DNA from: a virus
IMG/VR virus record: IMGVR_UViG_3300046804_004994
Location: 2,929-66,928 of that record
Direction: 5' to 3' (one strand)
DNA length: 64,000 bases
The position numbers were made by a program, and so were the translations under genes. This document shows positions 42,880 to 52,926 of this stretch, one piece after another. The notes beneath the pieces are model-generated. The model was not told the origin of the DNA. It ran no database searches and saw only the letters and a program-made list of their open reading frames with translations. Every line of letters begins with the position of its first letter. Positions within the stretch are counted from its first letter, which is position 1.

Positions 42880-43629
42880 ATGACAAATCCACAAGATGAT
42901 ATCTTTAACATCTATAAAAATATGATAACAGAAAGCAAGGATACAATGCTTCCAGGTGTGCACTTATCTGGTAAGAAAAAGGATGTTGATTCAAAAAATG
43001 CAAAATTAGCTCCGGGAGGTGCAACTGAAAATGCAAAAGATGTGGAATTAAATGATAAAAAGAAAAAACTTTCTGAAAACGTGGAAAAAATAGATGCATC
43101 AAATATAAATAAAAACATGAGCACTAAAAAGACTTTGTTTGATAAACTTTTCGAGGACGTAATGACTACGGACCAGCCTGATGATCTAGCTGCATTAGGC
43201 GTTGATTCTGATGTTGATTCATCAGCAGATACAGATTTAACCGATGATGCTGGAGATACAGTAACCTTTACACTTGATCGTGCAACTGCACAGGCACTTG
43301 TTGACGTATTAACTGGTGCATTAGGTGAAGCTGGTGAAGAGGAAGTTGGTGAAGAGGAAGTTGGTGAAGAGGAAGATGGTGAAGAGGAAGATGGTGAAGA
43401 CGTTGCTTTTGAAGCTACTGAAATGGAAGAGCTCAGCAAAGATGGTAAAGAGCTTATGGGTAAGAATAACAAAGTTGGTGACGACAATGTAAAGCCAGTA
43501 AGCGGTAAAGCTGATAGCGGTAAAGTGCCTGCTATTGATACCGGATCTGCTGGTCCAAAGCACAAACAAGCACCTCAAAAGGTTGGCGGCAAAGTTAGCA
43601 AGCCTGGAACAAACTTCTTTAAAGCCTAA
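42880..43629 (+). CDS. Acidic protein, possible prohead core/internal protein
   Basis: Very acidic; ITE/LSE/LFE/AFE protease-type sites; EEEVG repeats. Confidence 0.55.
   Translation: MTNPQDDIFNIYKNMITESKDTMLPGVHLSGKKKDVDSKNAKLAPGGATENAKDVELNDKKKKLSENVEKIDASNINKNMSTKKTLFDKLFEDVMTTDQPDDLAALGVDSDVDSSADTDLTDDAGDTVTFTLDRATAQALVDVLTGALGEAGEEEVGEEEVGEEEDGEEEDGEDVAFEATEMEELSKDGKELMGKNNKVGDDNVKPVSGKADSGKVPAIDTGSAGPKHKQAPQKVGGKVSKPGTNFFKA
43333..43400. repeat. 15-bp tandem repeat GGTGAAGAGGAAG(T/A)T x4+
   Basis: Directly visible; encodes GEEE(V/D). Confidence 0.9.
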
Positions 43630-43689
43630 AAATTATTAAGTTTTACTGTATTGTACTACTAATAGCACAATTCATTAAAAATATCTTAA

Positions 43690-43727
43690 GAAGCTTCTTA
43701 AACTTGTTTTAAGAAGCTTCCTTTTTT
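43690..43727 (+). terminator. Rho-independent terminator
   Basis: GAAGCTTCTTAA-acttgtt-TTAAGAAGCTTC followed by CTTTTTT. Confidence 0.75.
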
Positions 43728-43744
43728 GTATAAATAAGAGTATA

Positions 43745-44122
43745 ATGAATGTATCATTCAAACAGTTTGTAGAAAATGTTATTCCGCAACATAGAAGAGA
43801 TAAGGCAGCATTTGGTGCTCACGCTTCTCATGGATATACAGCAAAAAGTGAGTTGATGATTCCAGATCGTTATAAAGTAAGCGGCGGTGTAGAAGAAAAT
43901 ATTTTAAACAAATTACGCAAACAACCAGGTACAAAAGTATGTGGTCCAAATTTACTTTCACATATTGCTAAAACATATCCAAATGTAATCAATACTCTTA
44001 ACATGGGTGAAGAAAAACAATTAGGTCGAACGGGTAATAACACATATCAAGTGTTTATTAAAAAAGAAATGCATAATAACATGCCCATTTATAAAGTATA
44101 TAGTAAAAAGGAGGGTGTATAA
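43745..44122 (+). CDS. Hypothetical protein with capsid-targeting-like leader
   Basis: MNVSFKQFVE; TATAAATA at 43729-43736. Confidence 0.6.
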   Translation: MNVSFKQFVENVIPQHRRDKAAFGAHASHGYTAKSELMIPDRYKVSGGVEENILNKLRKQPGTKVCGPNLLSHIAKTYPNVINTLNMGEEKQLGRTGNNTYQVFIKKEMHNNMPIYKVYSKKEGV

Positions 44123-44865
44123 TGTCTTGTTATTATTCTGGCGCTGGTAACGGTTCCAATTGTTATGAATTATATGATAAAACACAATTAGCTCCTGATA
44201 TTGAACTTATTGGTCAAATCATAGAAGAAGCAATTAACACGCTCGGACAAAAAATTGATTATTATGTAAACACCTATAATCCCTTAAGTGCTGATAATAT
44301 ATATGGTGAGCAACCAACGAGCATTTTCAATGGACCACATCAGCTCAAAATGTATATTGAATTAAATGAAAATGCACTAGCCTTGAGCAAATTTGGATAT
44401 AATGCTGATGATGATATTACTGGCTATCTAAGCATATCTGGATTTAGAACTGCTTTTAATTCTACTACGGTTTATTCTGATTTGAATCAAGATATTGAGC
44501 CAAAATCTGGTGACGTGTTTCAAATGAAGGAATATGGTAATGATCGACCAGGTAATCGTGCTGGCAATTATTTTCAAATTACTGAACGCGTTGATCAAGA
44601 TATTGCTTCGCTTAATCCGTTGGGTGGACATTATACTTGGCGCATCAAAGGTAAGAGATTAGAATATACGTTTCAACCTGGTCTTACCGGTGAACGTGGA
44701 AATGATCAAGTACACGATGCGACATTTTCTGGTATTATTTCATCAACTATTATTGGTCAGTTATCTTCTGCTGCTAAAGTGTATACTGAAGATGTCGATC
44801 AAGACAGTATCGCTTATGTTCTTGATCAAACTGTTAATGATACTGATGTGTATGGTGGGTATTAA
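44122..44865 (+). CDS. gp14: Neck/head-completion protein (gp14-like)
   Basis: EAINTLGQKIDYY, IYGE, LSKFG...DD, PKSGDV, FQITE. Confidence 0.75.
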   Translation: MSCYYSGAGNGSNCYELYDKTQLAPDIELIGQIIEEAINTLGQKIDYYVNTYNPLSADNIYGEQPTSIFNGPHQLKMYIELNENALALSKFGYNADDDITGYLSISGFRTAFNSTTVYSDLNQDIEPKSGDVFQMKEYGNDRPGNRAGNYFQITERVDQDIASLNPLGGHYTWRIKGKRLEYTFQPGLTGERGNDQVHDATFSGIISSTIIGQLSSAAKVYTEDVDQDSIAYVLDQTVNDTDVYGGY

Positions 44866-45869
44866 TTTGTATTAATTGTCCAATTTTTAGACAATAATGA
44901 TACTATAAAGCTATTTTGGGCAGGGTAGCCGTTCACATCATTAGTTATTGTAAAAAATTCGTCCCAGCTTTGAACCAAATCGTTTGCTGTACCCTGGGTT
45001 GCAACTTCATATACAACGGCTGCACCAATAGTTGATACATTATTATATTCTGATGTGTTATAAAGCATTGCATTTGCTAATGCAACTGCTACATCGGCTT
45101 GAGTGTCTGCACTATTTACTGAAACAGGTATCCCGTTCCCACCAGCACCAGGATCTGTTCCAGAACCATCTACAACAAAATAAAAATAATACTCAATAGA
45201 GCGCCACCGTGGCTTAATAAATGTCTGGTTTAGTATAATATTCGATGCAAGATCACAATCAAAACTACCATATGCAGCTGCACCAGCTATGTCGTCTGTT
45301 GGATGGGCATTTGAACCTCCACTAATATTAAGCTGACCGTTGATCATGTTGTTATTATCTAAACAAGTTACAATATTATCTATAGTATCTTGAGATAACG
45401 ATGCCCCTGTACACGAAAAATAAGTGCATCTTGAAAGAGGATAGACCACATTTCCAAAGTCTATTTCCTTTAGGTTTGGAGATGGTATGTCAATAAATAC
45501 ACAATCGTTAAACGATGATAACGTAAGTGATGAAATAGTCGGATGTATCAATGAAAAAAGGTCTGCGTTCGATCCATCTACCATTTTAAATTTAAAATCT
45601 TTTGTAGTAATATTCAAAACTAACCTTGCAGGTCTTATGGAAGATATATCTATTACACTTGCTGCTCCAGCTTGAATGTAAATATTGCCGTTCTGCGTAT
45701 AATTAGAAGAAGATAGTACAGTGACACTGGTTGCTGCATTTGCACGAACATCTAATGTTGATGACTGATTGAATAAAAACGTTATAGGTGCTCTATCTAT
45801 GATAGTTAGTCCTCCGGGACCTCCACCACCCATTTGAAATGTATATGGAAATTGTATTGTATTTGACAT
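44862..45869 (-). CDS. Putative structural/adhesin protein, paralog of 45871-46839
   Basis: LRR-like segment, C(T/P)GASL...(I/V)D(N/S)I, FYFVVDG, DVA(V/L)AL, C-terminal W(T/S)xxTN shared with the neighbour. Confidence 0.6.
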   Translation of the reverse strand: MSNTIQFPYTFQMGGGGPGGLTIIDRAPITFLFNQSSTLDVRANAATSVTVLSSSNYTQNGNIYIQAGAASVIDISSIRPARLVLNITTKDFKFKMVDGSNADLFSLIHPTISSLTLSSFNDCVFIDIPSPNLKEIDFGNVVYPLSRCTYFSCTGASLSQDTIDNIVTCLDNNNMINGQLNISGGSNAHPTDDIAGAAAYGSFDCDLASNIILNQTFIKPRWRSIEYYFYFVVDGSGTDPGAGGNGIPVSVNSADTQADVAVALANAMLYNTSEYNNVSTIGAAVVYEVATQGTANDLVQSWDEFFTITNDVNGYPAQNSFIVSLLSKNWTINTN

Positions 45870-45870
45870 A

Positions 45871-46839
45871 TTAATTTGTTGAGACTGACCATCCCCTATC
45901 TATCAACGCAACTACATTGCTATTATAATAATTATTTGTGCCAGAATATTGATCATTCATTGAAAAAAAGCTAGAAGTATAGCTCATAGAATTGGCTTCT
46001 CCAAGCTCTGAAAGAGTATAATAAACCATGGAGCCGTTAGTTGATACTGAAGAAAATTTTCCCGTATTATACATTTCAATTGATAATGCTAGTGCAACAT
46101 CACTATTTGAACTTCCAGGAAACACATTAACAGGGTAACCTATGCCACTGAACTCGGGTAAATAAGGTGTTCCGTCAACAACAAAATAAAAATAAATCTG
46201 GTCGCTTATCCAGTGCGGTGAAATATACGGTGAATATATACTAATTGAATTCGCCTCACTACAAGTAAAAGATGCATTTGCGGCTTGAGCTCCCGCATTA
46301 TTGCCTGGTGGTGATGATGTACCACCTGTAAGATCAACCGAACCTCCACTTACTGTTCCTCCAGCCAAGCTAGCTAATATACTATCCACGCTACTTGTGG
46401 TTAAACTAGCACCTGGACAATATAAACTCTCTAATACGTAGGGATTAACAGTGACAGCAGTCAATAATGGTGTGGTTAACGAAATGTTTTGTGTTTCTCC
46501 TCCAGGCGTCGTTAGAGATGTTATACTGTCACTATTAACCGTTATGGTAGAAAGAACATTAAAAACCGGTAGTACTGTCAACGATGAACATACTATAGTT
46601 GCATTTTGAAAGGTGAAACCTGTTAAATCAAGAGACTGTAAACTCGGTGCTCTAATAAGAAAGTTATAACTACCGTAGTTGGCAGGGTCCGATACATCGA
46701 TACGCGTTGCACACGGAGCGTAAAAATTGGTGTCACCTGTACCACCAATCAAACGCAAATGTGAAACTTGATCTATCATTAATTCCCCTGTATTGCTAAC
46801 AGTTGAGTATGTATGTGGTATTAAAACTGTATTAGGCAT
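45871..46839 (-). CDS. Putative structural/adhesin protein, paralog of 44862-45869
   Basis: Same motif series as its neighbour; start MPNTV. Confidence 0.6.
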   Translation of the reverse strand: MPNTVLIPHTYSTVSNTGELMIDQVSHLRLIGGTGDTNFYAPCATRIDVSDPANYGSYNFLIRAPSLQSLDLTGFTFQNATIVCSSLTVLPVFNVLSTITVNSDSITSLTTPGGETQNISLTTPLLTAVTVNPYVLESLYCPGASLTTSSVDSILASLAGGTVSGGSVDLTGGTSSPPGNNAGAQAANASFTCSEANSISIYSPYISPHWISDQIYFYFVVDGTPYLPEFSGIGYPVNVFPGSSNSDVALALSIEMYNTGKFSSVSTNGSMVYYTLSELGEANSMSYTSSFFSMNDQYSGTNNYYNSNVVALIDRGWSVSTN

Positions 46840-47512
46840 AATAATAAGCAAATGTCAGTTCCCAAGTAGATCCTGTATAAGTAAATAAGGAATAAAAAGA
46901 ACGGGCTATACTATCATTTGTTTGATCTAACAATAATGTTCCGTCTGAAACCGTATTATTATATATTCTAATACGACTCGCATCATTTATAAATTTAATC
47001 GGAATAGTTACGGTATCACCGGCAAGTCTTCCTGATATTGGTAATCCTATACGTGCTCCGTTTCCTGTGGCAGCGCTAGATAAATTAATCTTTAATGTGT
47101 GCATACCACTGTTAATTGTCATATTACCTGAAGCAGGCGATGATATAGTTGTTATTGCATAGCTAGCTGTAGACCACGATGCAGAGTTACTATTTACTGT
47201 GGTATATGTTGAATTCCAATTACCAGAATTAGAATGAACTAATGAATTAACCGCAGCGTCTCCTGCACTTCCTCCACCTCCTGTAAGTATATTTAAAAGA
47301 TTTACCCCAGCAGATAATATTTGCATACTATTGCTTGTTAAGCTATAAACATTTCCATTTGCACTAACGGATCCAACTAAATGTAAATCACCTTGAAAAG
47401 GGTATGTTGGGGATGCAATTGGATCTGTAGCGCTACTTGGAATACCAGGTGTAGCATTTGTATGATGTTCTGATCTATGAAATTTATTATGAAATCTATT
47501 ATTACCTGCCAT
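46832..47512 (-). CDS. Fibre-like structural protein
   Basis: MAGNNRFHNKFHR N-terminus; SNSGNWNSTYTTVNSNSASW fibre-type repeat; TAAATA upstream. Confidence 0.55.
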   Translation of the reverse strand: MAGNNRFHNKFHRSEHHTNATPGIPSSATDPIASPTYPFQGDLHLVGSVSANGNVYSLTSNSMQILSAGVNLLNILTGGGGSAGDAAVNSLVHSNSGNWNSTYTTVNSNSASWSTASYAITTISSPASGNMTINSGMHTLKINLSSAATGNGARIGLPISGRLAGDTVTIPIKFINDASRIRIYNNTVSDGTLLLDQTNDSIARSFYSLFTYTGSTWELTFAYYYA

Positions 47513-47553
47513 AGCATCTATATTTATTAGATGTTTAAATAAATAATGTAAAT

Positions 47554-48285
47554 ATGCCTGATACTTTAAATTCTCCTACAGTGAGCAATCTTGCATCACT
47601 ATGTGGATTCAATCCAAATTACGATATTGTATGGTCGTTTCAATATAGTTTGTGCGGGAACTCTAACGCATCTGCAGGGTTTACAACATTTCTCTTTAGT
47701 AAGAAGACTGCTTCAACCGTAGTAGGCGGAGGAATAGGCAGAGCACTTGGAGTAGGACCCTCAACAAATTTCACAAATACCACAAATATTTCTGGTATAT
47801 CAGGTCATTCTTTAAGTATTGCCTTCGATACTACCGGATTGTATGCAACAAGTGGATATGGATTCACCACTAATATGACACCAAGCGCTAATAGCTTGGT
47901 GATTCGAGTTGATAACGGTGTTACGATGCCTTCGATGTCATTTCATTTATTGTCAGCATTTTCTTTATCCGCATTATATACAAATTTTACATTGTTAACA
48001 TCAATTGAAGTGTATAATACTTTGCGATTTACATTAACAAATTGTGCACAAACACTTAAAATTGATATACTTGCAAACGGTGAATACGTCAATTTAGCTG
48101 AAGTAGCTACTTATAAAACAATATACAATTCACCGTCTGCGCGTTATTGTATAGGAATATCTTATGCATCACCTGTGAGTGGTAATGCACCAAAAGCTGT
48201 ATTTCGAATTAAAGATTTTCATGTACAAGGGACTGATAAGAATACCGATACCACGTCATTAACTTCTGATATTCTCACTTATTAA
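47554..48285 (+). CDS. Legume-lectin/ConA-like fold protein
   Basis: WSFQY...AGFTTFL...GGGIGRALG...LSIAFDT pattern typical of L-type lectin domains. Confidence 0.55.
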   Translation: MPDTLNSPTVSNLASLCGFNPNYDIVWSFQYSLCGNSNASAGFTTFLFSKKTASTVVGGGIGRALGVGPSTNFTNTTNISGISGHSLSIAFDTTGLYATSGYGFTTNMTPSANSLVIRVDNGVTMPSMSFHLLSAFSLSALYTNFTLLTSIEVYNTLRFTLTNCAQTLKIDILANGEYVNLAEVATYKTIYNSPSARYCIGISYASPVSGNAPKAVFRIKDFHVQGTDKNTDTTSLTSDILTY

Positions 48286-48529
48286 GTTTTTCGATAGCCT
48301 CTTCACATTTTACATCATGTAACATACTTGGAAAGCGTTCATCAATATATTTTTGCAATGCAATTGGTTTGATCCAATCAGATGTTTTATTTAAATTAAT
48401 ATTTTTGCGTTCAGCAGTGTTGTTAATCACTTCCATGGCTTCTAATAAGCATAACCACCTTGCATACGTTTCGATACTCATTTTCTCTTCTTTACCTTTA
48501 GTTGTTTTAAATTCTACGTATTGTTGCAT
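48275..48529 (-). CDS. Hypothetical protein
   Basis: 84-aa ORF tightly packed in the operon. Confidence 0.6.
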   Translation of the reverse strand: MQQYVEFKTTKGKEEKMSIETYARWLCLLEAMEVINNTAERKNINLNKTSDWIKPIALQKYIDERFPSMLHDVKCEEAIEKLNK

Positions 48530-48530
48530 A

Positions 48531-48944
48531 TTAAATGTTTCTAAATAATGTCCCTGTGATGTTTGCTAACACGTCATTTTTATTGCTATCAATATTAAGT
48601 TGATCGAGCGTTTGAAGATTGTTAATAATATTATTAAATGTCATCTCGATAATTTTATTGAATTTCCCATAATTACTATCATTTTTATCGAACGATTCTA
48701 TATAAATTTTTTTAATATTGCGCATGATATTAATCAACATTTCATTAGAAGATGTCTTAGATTCGTTTAGACATAAATTCCCAACTTGATATTGTGTTAA
48801 TAGTAATGGTGATAGCTCAACTAATTTCAATTTAACCATTTCGGCAAGTCTATTAGAATCTATGATAGATGCAGGAGGGGCAGCGGTAATGCTTGAAGGA
48901 ATCTCTGTTGCATTTAAAAGCTCTGATGATGTGAAATTATTCAT
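48531..48944 (-). CDS. Hypothetical protein
   Basis: 137-aa ORF, operon packing. Confidence 0.55.
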   Translation of the reverse strand: MNNFTSSELLNATEIPSSITAAPPASIIDSNRLAEMVKLKLVELSPLLLTQYQVGNLCLNESKTSSNEMLINIMRNIKKIYIESFDKNDSNYGKFNKIIEMTFNNIINNLQTLDQLNIDSNKNDVLANITGTLFRNI

Positions 48945-49356
48945 TTGTCAAATCTATTGCTTCTTTAAGAAGATTTTCAGTTGTACCTTCTAAGGGTAAA
49001 GGTTGTGTTGTTAAAAACGTTTTAACATCAATTGTTACAGCTACTTGTTTATTACAATGCAAACATTTATAATTATTATCTCCATTAATATCAATGGGTA
49101 TAAAATCCTGTTTTTCAAGATGGCAAGGACACTTAACGTAGGTACCTTGCTTGGCTAGAGATGCTTCTTTAAGAGCTTTTACTTTTTCTAGATGAAGTGT
49201 ATAAAACTTTACATATATGTTATATATGACTATTTGTGCTAGAAAAATTGCAGGTGTAAATTGCAGTATTTTAGCCCATGTATCAAAGCATGCAGTAGAG
49301 ATGCACAGACTTGTAACTGTTAATATTATTATGCTTATTGATATTTTTTTTATCAT
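48937..49356 (-). CDS. Membrane protein with C-terminal zinc ribbon
   Basis: Two N-terminal hydrophobic segments; CPC...CxxC. Confidence 0.6.
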   Translation of the reverse strand: MIKKISISIIILTVTSLCISTACFDTWAKILQFTPAIFLAQIVIYNIYVKFYTLHLEKVKALKEASLAKQGTYVKCPCHLEKQDFIPIDINGDNNYKCLHCNKQVAVTIDVKTFLTTQPLPLEGTTENLLKEAIDLTNE

Positions 49357-49381
49357 CAATGCATTATATACTGGTTCCTAT

Positions 49382-49765
49382 TTATTCAAACAAATCATTT
49401 AACATTTCTGGTATAGAAATAATAATTTTATTTGCTTTATCAATTTTATGCTTGATAATTCTATCAAGAATATTTTGCTGATACGGTTCCAAACTTGGAT
49501 TTTCTGTACTTGCTTGTGTAAATTTAGCTCGTAACTCACACAATTTAATATAAATATCTCCGACTTCTTGAATAGTTTTTTCAATTTGAAATGGTAATAC
49601 TTTTGGCGCCGTTGTATTACCCATAGGTGTTTCAGGATTAGCTTTACTAATATCTGTTTGATCAAACGGGCTATCTGTGGCTCCGGGGCCTACACTAGTC
49701 GTCTGGCGATTACTATCTGACAGTGTTTGATCTTCTTTCAAAAGAAATTTAAAAGATTTTTGCAT
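49382..49765 (-). CDS. Hypothetical late protein with capsid-targeting-like leader
   Basis: MQKSFKFLLKE; TAAATA upstream. Confidence 0.55.
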   Translation of the reverse strand: MQKSFKFLLKEDQTLSDSNRQTTSVGPGATDSPFDQTDISKANPETPMGNTTAPKVLPFQIEKTIQEVGDIYIKLCELRAKFTQASTENPSLEPYQQNILDRIIKHKIDKANKIIISIPEMLNDLFE

Positions 49766-49770
49766 ATTAT

Positions 49771-49791
49771 TATTTAAGGTGACTATAAATA
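49771..49791. promoter_or_regulatory. Divergent late promoters
   Basis: TAAATA on minus at 49771-49776; TATAAATA on plus at 49784-49791. Confidence 0.6.
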
Positions 49792-49796
49792 ATATT

Positions 49797-50234
49797 ATGA
49801 CAAATCTCTTTGAATCTGTATTTTTCCATCAATTAGCGGAGGAACTCAATGCACCAGCAGATGACGCATCACAAATGAGTGACGCTGATGCAATGAAATC
49901 TACACTTGATCCCGGAACAAATCCTGATGATCTTAATGTTCAGCAACATACAATAGTTGCTGCTCAAGCTTCTGCTGCAGCTGCTGCAAAGATGGTAGAA
50001 GAAGTGCAATCATGGATTGGTAAATTAGATGAAATGATTCAATTTTTAAATGGTGTTGATTCAGGCTCAGTTCAAAGTCAATTAGCATCAGCAGCACCAA
50101 AGAGTTTGTTTGATTCAATTCGCGTCAGTGAATCAAAGAAAATTTCACGCGTGTCTATGGATATTGCTTCATTGAGTGAAATGCTTAAAGGCTACCTCGC
50201 TGGTGCCGCGGATCCGAAATATAAGGGTGTATAG
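49797..50234 (+). CDS. Hypothetical late protein
   Basis: ATG 49797, 5 nt after TATAAATA; MTNLFESVFFHQLAEE. Confidence 0.6.
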   Translation: MTNLFESVFFHQLAEELNAPADDASQMSDADAMKSTLDPGTNPDDLNVQQHTIVAAQASAAAAAKMVEEVQSWIGKLDEMIQFLNGVDSGSVQSQLASAAPKSLFDSIRVSESKKISRVSMDIASLSEMLKGYLAGAADPKYKGV

Positions 50235-50300
50235 TTCCCTTCCATAGTTTTTTCAAAAATTCATTTGACATTTCTGACAGTGGCATATAAATAATGATAT

Positions 50301-51659
50301 ATGCCGAAACCAACTATTTTTACACATGATCAAATTAATTCTATTGTATCGAAATATGTGTCGGGATGTAATATCTACCCAATTGCTAAAGAATTCAATG
50401 TAAGTGAGAACACTATTAAAAAGCTATTAATATCTAATAATATTTCTTTACGCAGCCGTAAAGAATCATATCAATATCGAATTAATACTAATGCAGCCGC
50501 AAATGTTAAGTACACGTCATCTACTGATGTGTCTAATATTATTGCTCAGTATAATAAAGGTGCAACAATAGCATATATTGCAAATACGTTTAAAACATCT
50601 CAAACCAGCATACGCACAGTGCTAATCAAAAATAATATAAAATTAAAAACACGAAGTGAAGCTAAATTAGCAGCTTCAAGTGCCAATGCTAATCTAATTA
50701 ATGCTGCTGAAGATATTATAAATATGTATAATAAAAACTGCTCAATTAATTCTATATCTAAAAAGTATAATATTCCAGGATACCGTATTAAACAGCTGTT
50801 ATTAACACGTAATATACATATACTTCCAAACGCGGTGCATGTAATACCAAAACATATTCGAGAACAAGTAATAGTGCAATATAGTAATGAAACATCTATC
50901 AATGAACTATCTAAAACTCACAACATTAGCGCGTCAACAATAAAATTAATACTTAAAACATATAATGTTCCATTGCGTGGCAAAGCTGCTGCTCGGAATA
51001 CCTCAAAATATCGATCACAATATACGAGGACTCGTTCGAAAATTACAAGCACTGAAGACATTAAACGTATTATAGATATGTATAATGAAGGGTATACACC
51101 TACAGATATAACAAAATGCTTTAATGTATCATCAGGCACTATATTAAAAATACTTAAAGATAATAACATATATATTCGAACAAAGTCAGAAGCACAGCGA
51201 CAACATCTACTTTATAAGAAAAAACAAAATCTCAGTTTTCAAAAATATGGAGTTTCAAACCCGATGCAACATCCGTTGATATTTGAAAGGTCTATGAAAA
51301 ATTCATTCAGATATAAAAGCATTACCATTAACGGTAAAATATTTGACAGGATTCAAGGATTTGAAGATGTGGGAATACAGTATGTTTTAAACACATTTAA
51401 TTTATCAGTTACAGATATTATTAATGGAAGAACAGGTATACCATCAATTTCATATATTGATGAAAATGGAAAAAAACGTGTACATTTTCCTGATATATAT
51501 CTTCCTACATTGAATACCTTAATAGAAGTAAAAAGTGAGTTTATTTTAAATAAAAATCTGGAACGTGTTTTAACAAAACGAAATAGCGCAATACAACAAG
51601 GTTATAAGTATATAATATTGGTATTTAATAGTAAAAAACAATTTCTATACACTATTTAA
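50301..51659 (+). CDS. Free-standing homing-endonuclease-like protein: tandem HTH repeats plus PD-(D/E)xK nuclease
   Basis: About five repeats of YxxGxxIxxIAKxFNxSxxTIxxLLxxNNIxLR; KYGVSNPMQ; FPDIYLPTLNTLIEVKS; TATAAATA at 50286-50293. Confidence 0.75.
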   Translation: MPKPTIFTHDQINSIVSKYVSGCNIYPIAKEFNVSENTIKKLLISNNISLRSRKESYQYRINTNAAANVKYTSSTDVSNIIAQYNKGATIAYIANTFKTSQTSIRTVLIKNNIKLKTRSEAKLAASSANANLINAAEDIINMYNKNCSINSISKKYNIPGYRIKQLLLTRNIHILPNAVHVIPKHIREQVIVQYSNETSINELSKTHNISASTIKLILKTYNVPLRGKAAARNTSKYRSQYTRTRSKITSTEDIKRIIDMYNEGYTPTDITKCFNVSSGTILKILKDNNIYIRTKSEAQRQHLLYKKKQNLSFQKYGVSNPMQHPLIFERSMKNSFRYKSITINGKIFDRIQGFEDVGIQYVLNTFNLSVTDIINGRTGIPSISYIDENGKKRVHFPDIYLPTLNTLIEVKSEFILNKNLERVLTKRNSAIQQGYKYIILVFNSKKQFLYTI

Positions 51660-52693
51660 ACTTTAGCATTCTTAACCATTTTCATCATTAATTCTGCTTT
51701 AATTCCTTGATAAGTATTTTTTAATATAAATTCCGGATTTATGATGTTTTGATTTAACGCTATTGTAATATCATTAAAATCTTTAAACTGTTTACCAAAC
51801 TTTTCTGGCCAGATAAATACTTTTTGATTTGCTTTAATTAGTTTTTGTGTTTTAAGATAAGCTGCTTTGTCTATCCATTGAGAATCTAATACCCATATCT
51901 TGTCATAAAAAGGAAATTTGTCAATTTGTTCTTTTTGTTTGGATGTATATAAAATATCACTCTTTTCTTGGATGCCTGCAACTGCGATCCCATTAGGGAC
52001 AAAGCAAGCATTGATAGGGCCTTCAAAAATAAAAATTTTGTCGAGATCCGGGGATATTTGATCAATATTAAATAAACTTTTTTCAGAATTTATCTTTGAT
52101 ATGTATTTTGCACTATTATGTGTCTTGACATTTAATAATCGTGTTTGGTAAAACACAATCTTCCTATCAAAGTCAAAAAATGGTATGACAAGTCTATTCT
52201 TATGTACATAGTCTGTTAATGATACATAAAATGTTCTTGGTGAATTAACAGCTATGTGTAAATTTCGGGATTTAATGAATTCTTGTGCAGCTTTTACAAT
52301 CTTATTGTCTGTGTAATATTGTAATTGCACATCATCTTTTAAATTTATGCAATCTAATGGAAGAATTTCATTATTTTGATACTTGCTTGTAGTATCTTCT
52401 TGTGACGAAGATGGTGTACAGTCAAATGAAGCTATTTCATCTTTTATTTCAGCTCCAGTTAGCTTAGTGGTCTCTTTTATCCATTTATATGGGGTACTAC
52501 TCCATCCACAGTTATGACAAAATATATTATTGTTTTTAGGAATATAAAAACATCTACGTTTCTTTAGCCAACTCGCACCTTCACGACAAATTGGACAACT
52601 ACCTTGATAAGTATTGTTATACTTATTATATTTTGGTTTACCTACTTGCTGGTAAAATTTTTTGACAATATATTCAACCGGAATATTAATCAC
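51656..52693 (-). CDS. gp61: DNA primase (gp61-like)
   Basis: CPIC...CHNC zinc finger, RLVIPF, FEGPI TOPRIM, KDFND. Confidence 0.92.
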   Translation of the reverse strand: MINIPVEYIVKKFYQQVGKPKYNKYNNTYQGSCPICREGASWLKKRRCFYIPKNNNIFCHNCGWSSTPYKWIKETTKLTGAEIKDEIASFDCTPSSSQEDTTSKYQNNEILPLDCINLKDDVQLQYYTDNKIVKAAQEFIKSRNLHIAVNSPRTFYVSLTDYVHKNRLVIPFFDFDRKIVFYQTRLLNVKTHNSAKYISKINSEKSLFNIDQISPDLDKIFIFEGPINACFVPNGIAVAGIQEKSDILYTSKQKEQIDKFPFYDKIWVLDSQWIDKAAYLKTQKLIKANQKVFIWPEKFGKQFKDFNDITIALNQNIINPEFILKNTYQGIKAELMMKMVKNAKV

Positions 52694-52727
52694 ATTTAAA
52701 ATCTAAATGTGTTCCGATTAAAATCAA

Positions 52728-52922
52728 TTATATTTCTTTTCCTGTCTGGGCATCGACAATTTTAACAATTCCACGACGAATAAATTGACCGGTCTGGCTA
52801 TCATACCAAACCGCTTCAGTATAAATCTTATCACCAATCCGTTTTTCAACTAGCTTGGGATCGCTTATAACTCCACTTATAGGTGAAATAATACGTTTTG
52901 GTTGTACTCTAGGAGCGTTCAT
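52728..52922 (-). CDS. Hypothetical protein
   Basis: 64-aa ORF in the operon. Confidence 0.55.
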   Translation of the reverse strand: MNAPRVQPKRIISPISGVISDPKLVEKRIGDKIYTEAVWYDSQTGQFIRRGIVKIVDAQTGKEI

Positions 52923-52926
52923 ACAT

